From a virus (taxonomy: Duplodnaviria > Heunggongvirae > Uroviricota > Caudoviricetes), in IMG/VR virus record IMGVR_UViG_647533158_000007: DNA of 40,699 bases; one strand, given 5' to 3'. Below are positions 39,452 to 40,699 of the stretch, in pieces. Made by a program: the position numbers and the translations under genes. Position 1 is the first letter of the stretch; each line of letters begins with the position of its first letter. Below the pieces are notes generated by a model. That model ran no database searches. It saw only the letters and a list, made by a program, of their open reading frames with translations, and was not told where the DNA came from.

Positions 39452-40699
39452 CTATATTGCTGAAGGTACAGGCGTTTCCATAACTATTTGCTCGCGTTTT
39501 TTACTCAAGAAGAAAATGCCAAATAGCAACATCAGGCAGACAATACCCGAAATTGCGAAGAAAACTGTTTGGTAGCCTGCGTGGTCAAAGAGTATCCCAG
39601 TCGGCGTTGAAAGCAGCACAATCCCAAGCGAACTGGCAATTTGAAAACCAATCAGAAAGATCGTCGACGACAGGCGCTTATCAAAGTTTGCCACGCTGTA
39701 TTTGAAGACGGATATGACACAAAGTGGAACCTCAATGGCATGTAACAACTTCACTAATGAAATAATCCAGGGGTTAACGAACAGCGCGCAGGAAAGGATA
39801 CGCAACGCCATAATCACAACTCCGATAAGTAATGCATTTTTTGGCCCTACCCGATTCACAAAGAAAGGAATAATCGCCATGCACAGCGCTTCGAGTACCA
39901 CCTGGAATGAGTTGAGATAACCATACAGGCGCGTTCCTACATCGTGTGATTCGAATAAACCTGAATAAAAGACAGGAAAAAGTTGTTGATCAAAAATGTT
40001 ATAGAAAGACCACGTCCCCACAATAAATATGACGAAAACCCAGAAGTTTCGATCCTTGAAAACTGCGATAAAATCCTCTTTTTTTACCCCTCCCGCATCT
40101 GCCGCTACGCACTGGTGATCCTTATCTTTAAAACGCATGTTGATCATCATAAATACAGCGCCAAATAGCGAGACCAACCAGAAGTTGATATGGGGACTGA
40201 TACTAAAAAATATGCCGGCAAAGAACGCGCCAATAGCATAGCCAAAAGATCCCCAGGCGCGCGCTGTTCCATATTCGAAATGAAAATTTCGCGCCATTTT
40301 TTCGGTGAAGCTATCAAGCAAACCGCATCCCGCCAGATACCCCAAGCCAAAAAATAGCGCCCCCAGAATTAGACCTACAGAAAAATTGCTTTGCAGTAAC
40401 GGTTCATAAACGTAAATCATAAACGGTCCGGTCAAGACCAGGATGAAACTCATACACCAGATGAGCGGTTTCTTCAGACCGAGTTTATCCTGAACGATGC
40501 CGTAGAACATCATAAATAGAATGCTGGTAAACTGGTTGACCGAATAAAGTGTACCTAATTCCGTCCCTGTCAACCCTAGATGTCCTTTCAGCCAAATAGC
40601 GTATAACGACCACCACAGCGACCAGGAAATAAAAAAGAGAAATGAGTAACTGGATGCAAAACGATAGTACGCATTTCTGAATGGAATATTCAGTGCCAT
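39452..40699 (-). CDS. Host MFS transporter, LacY/oligosaccharide:H+ symporter family
   Basis: 415 aa, 12 predicted TM helices; LacY-family signatures (D-K-L-G-L-K loop, FDQQ, GPKNALL, EVP, FKY) by comparison with recalled E. coli LacY. Confidence 0.8.
   Translation of the reverse strand: MALNIPFRNAYYRFASSYSFLFFISWSLWWSLYAIWLKGHLGLTGTELGTLYSVNQFTSILFMMFYGIVQDKLGLKKPLIWCMSFILVLTGPFMIYVYEPLLQSNFSVGLILGALFFGLGYLAGCGLLDSFTEKMARNFHFEYGTARAWGSFGYAIGAFFAGIFFSISPHINFWLVSLFGAVFMMINMRFKDKDHQCVAADAGGVKKEDFIAVFKDRNFWVFVIFIVGTWSFYNIFDQQLFPVFYSGLFESHDVGTRLYGYLNSFQVVLEALCMAIIPFFVNRVGPKNALLIGVVIMALRILSCALFVNPWIISLVKLLHAIEVPLCVISVFKYSVANFDKRLSSTIFLIGFQIASSLGIVLLSTPTGILFDHAGYQTVFFAISGIVCLMLLFGIFFLSKKREQIVMETPVPSAI

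Overview
The window is almost entirely one ~39 kb P22-like (short-tailed, headful-packaging) lambdoid prophage, ending in host DNA that carries a LacY-family transporter gene. Gene order from position 1: tyrosine integrase; an AT-rich O-antigen acyltransferase (lysogenic conversion); then on the minus strand tailspike, ejection proteins (gp16/gp20/gp7-like), gp14, tail needle with knob, gp10, gp4, coat, scaffold, portal, large and small terminase; a lysis cassette (pinholin, SAR endolysin, Rz with embedded Rz1); lambda-type Q with pR'/tR'; a nin region (protein phosphatase, NinH, NinG, an HNH-AP2 endonuclease, NinE, Dam-like methyltransferase, NinB); a primase-helicase and an O-like initiator with internal iterons; cII, cro, OR, cI. 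On the plus strand after cI come a two-gene module of unknown function at the rexA/rexB position, OL/pL, a P22-type nutL and N, then the early-left genes (cIII-like, Erf, SSB, Abc2, Ead-like, DUF551 paralogs) and an AlpA-type xis. The right end holds an att core matching a tRNA 3' end (argW-like), flanking arm-type repeats, a 187-nt N-run, and duplicated int/xis-att segments, which indicates a phage-phage (attP-type) junction assembled next to the phage-host junction. The best candidate for an undescribed system is the two-gene module replacing rexAB between cI and pL (30286-31081). Secondary candidates are the HNH endonuclease insertion that alters ninF, the Dam-like methyltransferase, and the small basic and membrane proteins after N. 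All homology statements come from reading the translations and recalled reference sequences, not from database searches; small-feature coordinates are hand-counted and may be off by 1-2 nt.
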